From contig CM082576.2 of NCBI GenBank assembly GCA_040954595.2, positions 1,896,760-1,960,759 on the forward strand: DNA of 64,000 nt. The letters are read 5' to 3'. Under the pieces are notes generated by a model. The model searched no databases, had not been told where the DNA came from, and saw nothing but the letters and a program-made list of their open reading frames with translations. This document shows positions 49,101 through 62,688 of this stretch, piece after piece. Position 1 is the stretch's first letter. Every line of letters begins with the position of its first letter. The stretch is from Balanoglossus misakiensis (taxonomy: Eukaryota > Animalia > Hemichordata). A program made the translations under genes and the position numbers.

Positions 49101-52100
49101 ATGATAAGACTAAATACCTGTTCTGGTTTGATGTCCAGCCAATGATTGATTTACTTGGCACACTGAAGATAGGTTCTTGTTCTTCATCCTCAATAAGTAC
49201 CACAGATTCAGCTGATATACCGAGGCTAGCATCTATCCGGTCACCCAGGTTGGAATCTGCAACCTGTCAATATATAAATACAGCACATTTTGAGTTTGTT
49301 CCTGCTAGAAAACTGACTTTGATAGGGTATTATCGGTAAAGTACAGGTACAATAATACTGTTTATGTTCAGCACAGATGTAGATTTATCAGCAACATAAT
49401 ATTGAATCAGCTAGGAAATTTTTTAGAAAAACATTTCATCTAAGCATGACCTTTTGATCTTTTTTACCTGAATTTTCCAAACAATGGCCCCCTTTGTGAT
49501 ATTTTCTGGTACGACTTTGGGAGGGTTCTTCTCTTTCTTCTTGTCCCAAAGAATAAATTTTCCAAACTTGGCACCAGTGTCAATGGTGGCATTACTGACA
49601 GAATTATTTGCAAGGTCTCGAAGGTACTCTTGTCTCGTCCTTACTGCCATTGTCACAAACTTTTCAGATCTATGGACAGCATTCTCTGCATTTATAACTG
49701 TGAGAGGAAAAAATGTAAATCTTAGCAACAGAACATCTTGAAATAAAAAGAATATTAGCATAGATATACAATTGTTTGATATTTCCAAACAAAACATATT
49801 TTATCATTTATGAGACGTTTTATCCACATAAATGTACACATTTCAGACTGCCCTCTACAGGTTGTATGCAAGCACTGCATTGAGAAAAAGTACAGTTGGA
49901 CTCCAGGGGGCTCCCCACGTAAATATTACTGCAGAGATGCATTACTGGGAAGAGCAACACTTACTTTTAGCTAAAACAAAATCTGTAAATATTTTTGATT
50001 TTTGGAAAGTGGGAGGCTCTGGCAGTGGTGGTCCAAAAGAGGGAACATCCTTTGACCTGCTGACAGCAACACTGCAACAAAGTAAGAATGCAATGGTTAC
50101 AAACTTACATTATAGTTTCATTTTTTTAAATTCATTCTTAGATCAAGCATATGTTCTCAATTGAAGGGCAGTTTTCACCATTTCACAGTACATGTATAAT
50201 GTAATGTTGGACATAAGATCCTGCCTCCAAGCGAAGGTACCAGTACTCATTCATTATCAATTTACTCACCTGTAGTGAAGGTTGTCAGTATTGGGATGAT
50301 GAGCTTGTACTAAGATGAAAACGTGCTGGAAATGTGAGCGAATAGTCTTGGGTGTGAAAGGAGCAGCTCCTTCTTCTTGGAAGACAATTGTTACAATATC
50401 ATTTCCTATGTGGCGTTTACGCAGCAGCTGACAATAAAGACAATTTGGGCATTAGACATTGTTTGCATTCACTGGAAGATTCAGGGAGTTTAGTATATCA
50501 TCTGCATTGACAGAGTAGTTTATCAGGAATGAAGTACTTCACAAATGTTTGGTGCTGTACTGAATCACTGAATGAATACAATTTCACATACCTGTTGTTT
50601 GTTATTTGGTGTGTATGGCAGCATTGTGGAGACATGGAACATTATTTCATTGTTCTGGTAGGTTGTATACAAGGAGTGCGTACCTGTTGAATCAGCTGAA
50701 TAATAAAAGGTACAAATTTGGGTCAATTTATTCCGTCAAAATCTATTTCAAAAGTTTAGAAAACAGAAGTAAGACTTTACATGTTTATCACGGGCAAATA
50801 GAAATTACATTTTAACTTTTCACTGAGATCAAATTATACAGAGAGTGAAAGCACAGTTCCCTTTTCTATCTAAATAAAGTTCTTACATTTGTTATCAAGT
50901 TGTGCTCTGTATTTATCAAATCCTTGCAGTCTCACAGTCTCGCCAAGACATTTCAGGAATTCTTCAAAAGCAGGCCCAGCATGTTCTACAAGATGTAAAA
51001 AATTTGAACAGCATGTATTAATTCCTATGTTTAAAACACTCGTTCACAAATGATCTTCACTACAGCGCCCCCTAAAGACACTTTGTACTAATTCCTTTGT
51101 TGGACTTGTATACTTTCATATATACAGTAATTGTTTGCGCGTACTCGAACTCAGGGGGAAGACTCACCATTATTATACATTTCTTCTTCTGTACTCTGTC
51201 CAGCCTTACAATACATTACACCAACTTTGTATTTATTATTTATCTATCAGGACAAAAAATAATCAAGTTTATGATTATGTCTGTGTTCATAACCATAGAT
51301 GTGCAGTCTCCTCCATTAGGTGTCAGACTGCAGATTACTGGTTATTCCACCCAAGCATATGATGAAAGACTTCAAGTCTCTAAAAGCTTATGCAGCATGC
51401 TGCAAAGCTGAACCCAAAAGTTATCAAACTCCAGTTTCACTTGCTTTCAAGCAGTCAACCTGACAACTACAGATGAACATTTGACGTGTTACAGAGCTCC
51501 AGGATTAAGATATCATCGCCTGACAGATCAACGAGGTGAGGGGGCATATCAGCATAGGGACCGACTACTCACCCCTTGTTCATCCAGCTTCATCAACTGT
51601 TCCTGAACTTTGTCAGCACTGACAGCGAGACGCAGACATGACAACTGAAGCTCCGGGGCAATATACTCCAAAACATCTCTGAGCGGAAGTCCTCTGGAGG
51701 TGCTGTGTTTGGCGGAAGATGGAATGGCTTCTTCCAGGATGGAGCCCCTCAAGGTTGTCAGCTAAATATTGGAAGCAAGAATCATGTATCACAGGTACAA
51801 TCAGGGTGGGGGAGGGGGGGGGGGACCACAGGTTATTTACCAGACGTTTATTTCTGAAAATCAATCCTAAGCTTGACACACAATGTGATTCACACAAAAA
51901 AACAACAGCATTATAGTGGAAGTCCAACCTGAAAACACTAAATATTCAAATCCTTGTACAACAGAATTGCAGACATATCATTTCCAATGTCTGATCCAAC
52001 TCCCTCGATACAGCAGATCTGTCACAACAAAACTGCATGCTCTGAAACCCCACAAAAAATTCAAAAAATTTGCCTTTTGTCAGTAAGAAAAGAAGCCCAG

Positions 52101-55100
52101 GAATGTCTTCCCCTACAACGACAAACAATGGTAGCAACAAATGTAGGTCAAATCGCCTTTGTCTGATGACTGCATTACATTCATACGGTACACTACACAC
52201 GTTATAGAATCTGAGTATTCACAAGCAAATAGCCATCAATGTTCCTTGCTGAATCATTTTGAACAAAAATTTCCCACCAGAACAGCTGATGACTTCATTG
52301 TGATTGACCACAAACCAAATAAGACGTACTAAACGCAGCTCCAATTTGAAAAGCTGGAATAGATGCTGTGATTAATAGTTTTCTGCTAAACTCAACTGAA
52401 AGAGTCCCTAACAAATCACTTAAAATAGCCGTTCTCGGTGTTATTTCCAACACTTGTGTATTTATTTTACTACCGGTATGTGAGAATGTAATTCACTCTT
52501 CCGGTTGCCACTTGTCTTAAAGTTGAATCTGTCAAGGACCTGTGAATGCGTGTAAGGCATCCAAGAAGTACTGCAAATATGTTCCAAAATCAGATTATAT
52601 TACAACATTTTAAGAATTTGCAACAGTGGCATCTCGTTTTCCCTTGGCATGCAGGAACTGACTCATAATAACATTTCCAACCAGCACAACATGGAGTTGC
52701 TGGCATGATTAATAGATTGGTCATTTTAAGGTGTGGATTTTAATAGGAGGAACAGAAACTAATCTTTAATCCATTGAAAGGATGATATCCGTCAATAAAA
52801 ATCATATGTGCATACTCTAAGAAGAACAACTTTTATTTAACAGAACTGCAGTTGTAATATTTGACAAGCTTTTTCAGAATTGTTGATCTATATGTGGATC
52901 AACTCTGGTTTTCTATACAGTAAATCCCACTTTAAGATGCAAGTGTATAGCTGGTGCTGTTTGATGGCAATGATATTTTAATCAAGACTTACGGTCGACT
53001 GACAACAATATCTGAACTCACCTCACTGGTCCTCACAATTACTCTATACTGATATACAGAATTGTTGTTGTCTTTACTGGAGAGATTTGTTGAACCACCT
53101 AGGACATCCTTGTCTTCTAATCTTTCTCTCTTTATACTGACTGCCACAGGTCCAAGGTTTTCATCAATGCCAAGGTAATTTTGGTGTTCTGAATAGAAGA
53201 AGACAAACAAATATAAAATCATGCAACAACTTTTTTTTGTGCAAATTCTTTTGTTTCTTCCTAGTTCACCTCATCACGTGGGAACATGAACATTTCGTTT
53301 TGGTGACATTTCTTGGCCAAAGTTGTGTTTATATTGGTTGTAAACTTTCATTTAAAGCATAAAAACGTTGACCTAGATAGCAATGCAGGTCATTTCTGGA
53401 TCATTAAATCACAGCAGCTGTGCTCCATTAACCTTTCCAGCAAGTACCACATGGTCTGACCTCACTTGGTTTCCAGTGCTCTACTTGGATCTATCCAATG
53501 GGGAAAAAAGTTGAGGGAATCCTCACCCTGTCCGAAGAAGTAATCCCTGTAATAGTGTGCTCCATAGTCAATCCTTTCAATCTGCGGTTGAGTCAGATAT
53601 GCCGGATTATCCGGGCTTCCCGGGGATCCGCCACTAAGTCTGACTTTAGGTCCTTCCAGTATAGCTTCATTGGATCCCCTCCTTCCGTGGTGGTGCCGCC
53701 TGTCATCAGTAGATGCTCTGGATAGGTTGACCTTTCTTTCAGCTTCTCCACCAATTTCATTTCTGAAGAACGGACAACTCATCACCAAGTCATTACTCTT
53801 GCCATCTCCAAAGTCAGCAGTCTCCTCATCTGACAGATCTTCCCTGCTACCCTGTGTTGCCAGAAAATAAAATGTGTCTTAGTCTTTGGAGTACTGCAGG
53901 CTGTTGTGTAAAGATGTTTCAATCTCCTATACACAATAACATAAATGCTTTAAAAACTACTGGTACTGTTATCTACTTGAGCTACTGTTTTGTGTCAGTG
54001 CATCACAAGTTCATCCTGTGTTAAAGACGTTTTACCATTACAAAGAATTGAAGTGAAGTCGCTAATCATTTGGTGATTGGTGTTTTTTATATATCAGGCC
54101 ATGAGCTTGCTTGCTCTACACTCAATGCTGGGCTGTATTTTTGGCCGTGCCAAAAATAGGCAGATTAGATATGAGCCTAAGGTTATGCAGACATGTTTAC
54201 ACATCACTATCAGCAAGCAAGATATACAAGTAAATTAAAGCTCCACCACAAAAGATATATTATAAATGTGTTTTAGATTGCAAGTTTGGAGCAACAACAG
54301 TGAGTGGGTGGATGGATGGATAGAAGGAAGGAAGGAAGGAAAACTCATGATGGCAAATTGCCCATCATGTCAGCTTTTAGGACTTTGCATCAACAGAAGC
54401 TCATGCCACTCTGTGTATCACATTTCACTGTTGATCACCAAGGAATGACTCCTATGCAGTATTAGACATGCTTGTTGAGCTATTATAGGGACTTCAAGGA
54501 CGCCTACATGTATTGATGTCTGTGTTCAAGACATCATTTTGTAGTGCAGCCCACACTTCAGAAACCAGTCCTCTTTTACACATAAATTGGCTTCTCTATA
54601 TGAGTTTGAAATGCAGTCATATTTGACAAACTGGCACATGCCATGAATTTAGGACATTGAGATCATGAAATATATTGAAAACAATTATGAAATATTGGGC
54701 AAGAGAATTGTCTGGCATGTCAACTCTTCAGCTCCAAACAAAGACTTATCCATCATCCGGCTGTAAGTCTAGAACTATGTCATCTGATACACAAGTACAT
54801 GCAGTGGTTCACAGCTCCTGACAATAAATTATTAACATGTATTTTGGAAATCCCAAGATCATAGCAAACATTTGAACTTTTGAGTTCCACCATTTGTAAG
54901 ATTTTGCCATTTAATATCCAATAGACAACACTGTGACTGAATCAATCTATAACACTGAATCAATTTGGTAATCGACATTTCAGATTATAGCTACCAATTA
55001 TGGTTAAATGTGTCGTTCATGATTAACATATGGCTGTAGATTAGTGAGTGATTACTATTAAAAACCAAAGAAATAATCAACTGTATGAAAACTCCAATAC

Positions 55101-57016
55101 CAGAAGTTTAATCACAGCACATTTAATATGTCGACCAAATCAGCCAAATCAAGCACTTGACATTAAACCGAATGGTCAAGTGGTTTGTGATTGTAACTGT
55201 ACATGAAGAAACCCTACTGACATCTACATGTATAAAAGTACTGTAGTCTTCATGCTTCATAAAATGTAAACAATGTGGGCTTTGAGTGAATTTGTGGTAT
55301 CAAGTATCAAAATCCCAGCCCTTTCCTCAGGAAGACCACAAGGTATATCACGTTCTTAAATAATTAAACAAGATCACAGGCAGAAAGAAGAGGTTCAAAT
55401 TTCAAGATTTTTTTATGACCAACTCTGCATTCTCAGCATTTACATGTACATGTAATTCTCTACATTTTATTTGTCTCAGTGCCTGAAAAGAAATCAAGGT
55501 CTATTGCAGCATTGGTTTCAATTACATACATGTAATGTACCGGTACATGTAATATTTTTCTTTATCCTAAAATCAAAATAAACTACACTATATCTACAAA
55601 CAGATTTTGAGAATTCCTCACCTGTGGTGTGTTGGAATTACTTCCCCGTGATGCAGCTGATGCCCCAGTGGTTGTATTTTTTCGTTTCCATCCATGTTGT
55701 CTGTTCCTTATGACCTCGTTGAGATTCACATTAATACTCTGGCAGTCATAATGCGCAAATGCTTTTTGCCGAAACCGTTCGTCAATTTTACTTTGTAAAT
55801 CAGAATCTATGTTGCCGACTTCACCTTCTCCCTTGCTGCGCAATTTACTGAAAATCGACTTCTCAGTAGAGAGAGACTTAGTTTTGGACACTTTGGTCTT
55901 TTCCTTTTCTTTGTCCCCCCTGTCTTTCTTGGCTGTACCTTTTCGGCTCAACTTCGGGCTAGCCGTGGCAACTTCCGTGGCCGGCCTAAGTTCTGCTGTT
56001 GCCATGGTAACCTTTGAACTTTTGGCAGAATGGGTTATGACCTCTTCGGCGAAGGTCACATGCCCTCCGCCTAGCAGTTTCTCAAGCTGTGGCGGAGCCG
56101 GACTCCTTTGGTCAATGTCAGTCCCAAATTTCTGTAACATCTGGAAAAAACTTTCTCCACTGACGCATTGCATATCAATGGAAGATGTACTACCATATCC
56201 TCTGTGTACCACATCCAAGTGTCCACTGCTTCCTATCCTGTCCAATGCATCATTAAGCGTGGAATTGCTGTTGCTCCTCCTGACGGGAAAATCTCCTTTG
56301 AAGTATTCTTTTCTCGCATGGCGGTTGATGTTATCTGTAGTCAGGGCGCCGCTGCGAATGGCTTCTTGCCGAGTCCTACTCAGCAAGTCGTACCTATTCT
56401 CGGGGCTGGTGTTGTGCCTCCTTGCGCTGTGTCCGCCCGGAGTGTTGGACGTGCGCAAGTGTTCATTCCTGCGTGAGTCCTTGGGATGTCTCTGTACCGG
56501 AGTGAATGCAGACACAGTCCTGTCTGACTGCCTGCTCTCGGAGTTGCGAGATCCTGTTCTGCTACTGTTTTGTCTGGGTGTGGACTTGGTGCTGCTATAA
56601 CTTGAGGTAGTATGTGTCATAGCACCTTCGAAAGTCTGAGGAGTGATCCTGTGATCTCCGGTCGGTGTTGCAGCTGGACTCCGTTTGTGCTCTGAGCTTT
56701 GATTTGCTGGAGGCCTGTACTCGCCTAGTCTCATATTACTGCCATACTCCTGGCCTCTTGACTTCATTAACAGGCGTGGATGCTCACTGTTGGGGGTCAC
56801 TCCCGCTCGCAGTGCATCGCTGTGGACTGTACCATTCACTCGCATGCTTGACCTCTGTGTGTCTTTGGAGGTTCGACGAAAGGGCTGCTGCTCTTGAGGG
56901 GGAGGAGGGTGCTGAGGTGGAGGTGGTGTCCCCTCACCATTGTGTATCACAGATTTGTGGTAATATTGAGCAGCCTGGAGAGCTCTAGTACGTATTGTTT
57001 CAATTTCCTCGCTCAT
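40160..57016 (-). CDS. SIPA1L: Signal-induced proliferation-associated 1-like protein (SPAR; RapGAP, PDZ, SPAR_C and coiled-coil domains), ~1858 aa
   Basis: 23 frame-consistent coding exons: 57016-55622, 53851-53527, 53188-53022, 51761-51573, 51243-51168, 50985-50887, 50695-50592, 50427-50270, 50071-49965, 49697-49468, 49263-49118, 48914-48800, 48471-48334, 48107-47992, 47803-47679, 45246-44669, 44522-43876, 43741-43579, 41640-41427, 41151-41020, 40816-40690, 40515-40434, 40303-40160. Motifs: [35 protein letters not shown], RapGAP Asn-thumb [46 protein letters not shown], terminal [17 protein letters not shown]. An acceptor at 57347 implies upstream non-coding exon(s). Confidence 0.97.
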
Positions 57017-60000
57017 TTTGTCTCAATTAAATCCATAACATCATCATTCAAAGAGTGTCATTACATCAACAATGTCTGAGTGTTCCTAGTTAGAAGATGA
57101 TTGGTAACTGACTAATCAAAGTCACTGTTGAATTCAGATCCTACACAGCTTCAGTCGGTATAATGTTTATGCAGGCTCAATATTTCACTTTTTTAGTTCA
57201 TGGCGTTCAAGTTTCCACATTTTCAGCTGATGTTCTCCAGGTACAGGTGAAACACTCTGGCTCCTTCTTCAAGAACTTTGATCCTTGACGTCTGACCTCT
57301 CCTCCTTCCCACTGTGGATTGGCATTCAATATTCTCTTCTAGAATATCTGTAAATAAAATCAAAATATTTCTCAGTATAGCAGACATGAAATGGAATTCA
57401 AGAGAGTGTTATCAGCCCATTGCTTTTTCTTCCTCAATAATGAGCACAGGAATTAAATTATGACAATGCTACTTTCTCAATTTCTAAAGAAAACTTTCCC
57501 CACCAACTGCACAATTATGAAGTAATTCTACTGGGTAAAATTTTTGCTTTGCAGCACATGCATCAAAGTCGGTTTTTCCCCTATTCCCAAATGATCTTCA
57601 CACTAACAGACACAATAAATTCCATTCATACACACATTGAGAATGTTGACACAACTGTTCATTTGGATCATGAGATTTACTGATGCATAATTTATCATAA
57701 TCATGTTTACATTTTGTTCCCTAGCCTCTCTTACTTTTTAACTTTTACTTGCTAGTAGTACTGTACATTAATGATACTATGCAGCTGAGCTAACTGGTGA
57801 ACTATAAATACATGTATAATATGTCTCGGCAGAAAGCCTATTACATATAGTAATACATACATTGTAAATCAATAAATTAGCCTTTTACAATTTATACACC
57901 CAATTTAATAACAACCAACAATTATGCTTTTTATAATATTTTCTGCCCCGTTTGTTTCCAGAATTGTATTTTCCTAAGCTCACACCGGTATGTAAAATAT
58001 TCTTGTGACTAGACTATTCCTAATATTTTTGCTATTTCAAAAGACCTCAACCTGCTCAGTGCTATTTATATAGCCAGAACTGCTTGAATTTCAAATAAGT
58101 AGTACATATGTGTAGGGGTGTGCGTGTAACCAGTGGACACTTCAGCAGGGTCTTCACTGAAGTTTATTTTCAATATAGCTGTCTGCAGGGCACCTTGTCT
58201 CTGTTGGACGGAACACGAGAAATTCAACATCCACATTTCAATCACATCTGGTTTGACATATGGGAGATTGCACAGCGCTTTTGCTGGTGCAATCCAATTA
58301 AAAACATCCGTTTATGGGGTTCATTGCGTGGGTTATGATGGTGACCCACTTTCTGATTTTTCACTGACACTTGGAGGGGGGGGGGTTAACCCCAGGATCA
58401 TACATGTATCATTTGGTATCATTTTATGATACATGCCACAAACTAGAATGATTTGATGCTCTGAACGACATCAAACAAATGCATTTAACCTGCTTCTCTG
58501 CAATGCTCCCTCTACAACTTGGCCCTAAAGTACAAATGTATGTCTCAGTCTGCATGATAATTAATGAATATATTTAACATGACCCATAAGTAGGAACACA
58601 TTAAAATTATAACCACTTTTATGTGTAGTTGCTCTGCTATTAAAATTCAAACTAAGAAATAGGATCCAGTCCATATTGCATGTCCCAGACATCAATATAA
58701 TAAAATCATGTCTGGACACAGTATGGAGAGGTCCAAGGAAATCTTCATCTGTGTGCTGATTCTTCATAATTTCCTTTACACAGTAAAAGAAACCAGTGGG
58801 AAAAATATCCCCATCTTATTATTAAAATGACATTTCTTAGCCCTCTACAGAACTGGAAGCCTGGCCATATAGAAAAGTTTCTCCAATTATCCTGTGCTGT
58901 CCAAACTTAGACTAACAATGCCAAGAATGTGCTGCTCTCAACAATCTCACATTACCCCAGAAGCCATTATGACATAAATATGGCTGACTGGTTGGAGCTG
59001 TGCAAACATGAGCAACATGATTGGAAGAAGACACACGCACATCAGTCTGTGTGATGTGTTTATTTATTGTACACTTCAGCGGATGATAAATATGACCAAC
59101 TGAAGTGAAAAATGCCTTTCTGGACTGTTCTTGGCGTGTGGTGGTTTGCCGAGTTCTATTTACCATATGGCCATTACAAGTAGTCTATCATCTAGCCCAG
59201 TGTTTACAAGTTCTGCAAAGCTCAAATCTATTCATGCATCAACATGCACTGACTGTGACTGAGGGTCTGCTGAAACATCATGGTCATAGCCTAGTTTGGC
59301 TCGGGCAAGAGCACCTATTGGTTAGGGAGATCCAGTCCACCATGGCAAACCAGGCTGTCAGAGATTCTAAGACTGAACATACAGTTTTACAGAATCAAGT
59401 TTGGCAAGATATTATTTGCATTCCAATGCTAGAATGTACATGAAGCAAAACTTATATCAAAGTGACTACCTCATTTTTGGATGCAGTTACAATTAAAATA
59501 TGCCAGCAAATATAGCATACTGCCAGGAATTCCATTGTAACAGATACGCGTACATGTACTTGATTTTTGAGGATGGTGATAGTGCGCCCTCAGTGGCAGA
59601 GCCAGCTTCCTGGCTGAGCTCTGCTTTGCTGTTCAAAAAATGGAGTATGGTACTACTGACTTGCAATGCAGTCAGCTGGGAAATGCATATGTAGACTTTA
59701 CATAACAGGCAAAAAGAACATGAATATCTTCTGGGGGATTCTCTGACCTTATGACCTACATGTATGAGTGGTGATATTTGTATGAGACCAGCAGACCATC
59801 ATCTTCTTGCTTTCAACAGTTACATGATGAATGACATTCATTATCTCTTGTGAAGTAGGATGTTTGATCCAGACAGTACATATGCACCTACTGCTATTAT
59901 TAACTGTTTTATGTTGTCATAATGTACACACAAACGGCCATTCTGGGACTGATTTCAAGGCTTGTGCAATCTCACCAATAATTATCACTCTTTCAAAGAT

Positions 60001-61516
60001 TTGTGCCAGACAATCTCCAGAATGGCACAATCAATTACGCATTGTTCAAGGTGCAATCACCTGGCTTATTTTCATCCTGTCAATGTCATGAATCATTTAC
60101 CAGAATTCCACTCTGCATGAAGATCATGTAGAATGGAATCACGGAATATCCACATGTAATGCCAACGTAAATGTCAAACTGTGTGAACTGTACGTTTCAT
60201 GACGGTGAATGCTAAATGAACGACATGTTCATGTCATGCATTGAAATTCTTTAGATCCACGTTACTCGACCATATCTGTATAATGTAGGCTGAATTGTCA
60301 CAATATTGTCATATGCCATTTATAAAATAGTAGGTCATCTCTTGAAGTGCCTTCCCTGTAGATACATTTCGATAAAATTTCACTTAATTATTCATATATC
60401 TTTTTTATTCCAATTTGCAACTTTCTCCCCAGTGTAATCAGCTGCAGCTCTGAAAACTGATATCACAGGAAATTAAGGTTGACTGAATCGACTTGAATTA
60501 CTTTGGCTAAATCAACCATGTTAAGCAGAAAAGGACCTTTCATGAAGGTTAATTTCATTTCCATTCATTCACCATTTTGATACACGTATCTCCTAAAGGA
60601 CAAAATCTATATGTGCACTGTGTGTACAATATCAAGTGTTTGCATATGCTTATGTTCCACTGTGAAAATTCTGAAATCTGTTGCCAAGAGCTCGTTTAAC
60701 TTATAATAGGAATTCGTAGGTTCCTAAATATTTATTCTCTGGATAAGTAAATTAATGATACATATCATGTATTTCTGTATTTGAATAGTGATGGATTATT
60801 TTTCAATGTGTTCTTCAGGTACACATGCTTCATTTTGGTTCACTGACTTAATTTTAATCATGACTGCGATAGCCTTATACGTATACTTGGTTTTCAGATT
60901 CCCAGTTGGTAAAGTTGATAGTTTAACATCTCAAGGTTCGGACTCCCGTCTCCTAAATCCATAAATCAAGTCAACATTTTATAGCAGAGCACAATCTTTA
61001 CCACTTATTTGAAATTACCATGTAATATGACAACCAATTATTACTGATAATGTCCAGATACATGTATCACATTATCTTGTATAATGTCAATTACCTCAAC
61101 ACAAAGACAAAAGTACCGCTCAAAAAAACAGTGAATACCTACTGGTACAATGTATATAGCCAACTGCATGTATCTGTTGCTATACAATAAGTCACTCAAT
61201 TATTTTGAATTATTATAGCCATGCCATGGTTCAGTCTTTGCACAAACAGCTGAACAGTATATAAACATTTTCAAGGTCGCTGTGCCCATGACAAAGCTTG
61301 CACAAATACCCAGGCCAATTTTGGATTTCCACTTTGACTTAACACCACCGTACATTCTTTGAACTCGTATGTCAAGTGTGGCCGTGAATGACCACTGAAC
61401 AAAGTACCACACACTGGCATTGGTACGGTTATAAATAGTCTTTTGTTTGGACTAATGTTATCTGTCTCTCCTGCCTGATTTGTAAGTGCTGTGAAACCAT
61501 TCCATGTATACTTTCA

Positions 61517-62688
61517 TTAGGGCCCAAGCCCAGCAGGCTTGGGCCCTATTGGTTTTACTGGGGTTTTTCTTCTACTTCTTTTTCTTGTGTAGTTTTTTTC
61601 GTCAAGTACATCTTGAAAACAGCTGAACCTACAAATCTCAAACTTGGCACAATGGTGCAGGCCAATGAGAGCATGAGTTGTACCCTTGTGAATGTTTAAT
61701 TAGTCACATGACCTGATGACCATATATGGGCAAAGTTTTCAAATGGGCCTAATTTGCATATGAATGATGATATCAAAATTCTGTGCAATCATTTTGCGGA
61801 CCATATGGTCAGTGTCCTACATGCTAAATTTCAAGGCTCTGGGCCAAGTCAATTTTGAGAAGAAGATTTTTAAATATTATATTTCATATATTTTGGACCC
61901 AGCCATAGGCCTATACTTTGTATAGTTAAGCTATGATGCTATGTCCACATCTGTGCAATGGTCCTGTACTGTGACTCTCTATTGGCCCGTGAGCAGAATG
62001 GGACCAAAATAAAAGGCAAAATTTTGGGCTCACCTGTAACACCTGCTTAACTCATTAATTATGTGCATACCTAATTCTGGGCTAACTAATAGGGCTAGAG
62101 GTTTTGTGCTTGTGGGACATGGACCAGTATAGGGTAAAAAAAAATTGCCCAAATTTTGGGTGACCTCAGGTGACCTTTGACCTACTTTTCTATATCTCGG
62201 CATCCAGAGCAGGTACAGACTTGGCGTTTGGAGGGTTGGGACTAAAATTTAAAAGCCAAAATTGAGGGTCACCTGTGACACCTGCTTATCTCATTAATTA
62301 TGTGCATACCTAATTCCAGGCCAACCAATAGGACTAGAGGTTTGATTTTTGCTGAACATGAACCAGTATGGGGTCAAAATTTCTTGCCCAAATTTTGGGT
62401 GACCTCAGGTGACCTTTGACCTACTTTACCATATCTCGGCATGCACAGCAGCTACAGCCTTGGCATTTGGAGGGATGGAACTCCTGATGGAGACTTACAC
62501 TTTACCTCATTAATTATGCACATACATAATTGTAGGCGAACCAATAGGGCTAGAGATTTTGTTCTTGTGGGACACGGACCAGTATGGGGTCAAAATTTCT
62601 TGCCCAAATTTTGGGTGACCACTTATGACCTTTGACCTTCGGCTTAAGCTTGGGCCCGTCATCGCTGCTTGCAGCTATATTTTTTTTT
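61517..62688 (+). mobile_element. Structurally complete Helentron-associated non-autonomous element (HINE/DINE-like), ~1.17 kb
   Basis: 5' 13-bp palindrome TAGGGCCCAAGCC-cagca-GGCTTGGGCCCTA (61518-61548); CTT-rich tract; about 2.7 tandem core repeats of ~220-240 bp (~62000-62638); 3' sub-terminal inverted repeat GCTTGGGCCC (62648-62657); 3' hairpin GCTGC-tt-GCAGC (62664-62675); T-run. Confidence 0.8.

Noticed and set aside
51062-51078. CTCF-like GCGCCCCCT words (similar ones near 2272, 39282, 59584)
   Set aside because: Only partial matches to the motif; not supportable without a PWM scan or ChIP data.
52993-53021. Alternative consensus donor (CC|gtaagt) 29 nt downstream of a SIPA1L exon
   Set aside because: It would frameshift the RapGAP region; the upstream donor at 53022 gives the conserved RTSE|LTTLRG junction.
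55809-56600. 263-aa plus-strand ORF (also 44425-45012 and 44046-44369)
   Set aside because: Antisense shadows of large SIPA1L exons; Leu/Ser-rich with no recognisable domain.
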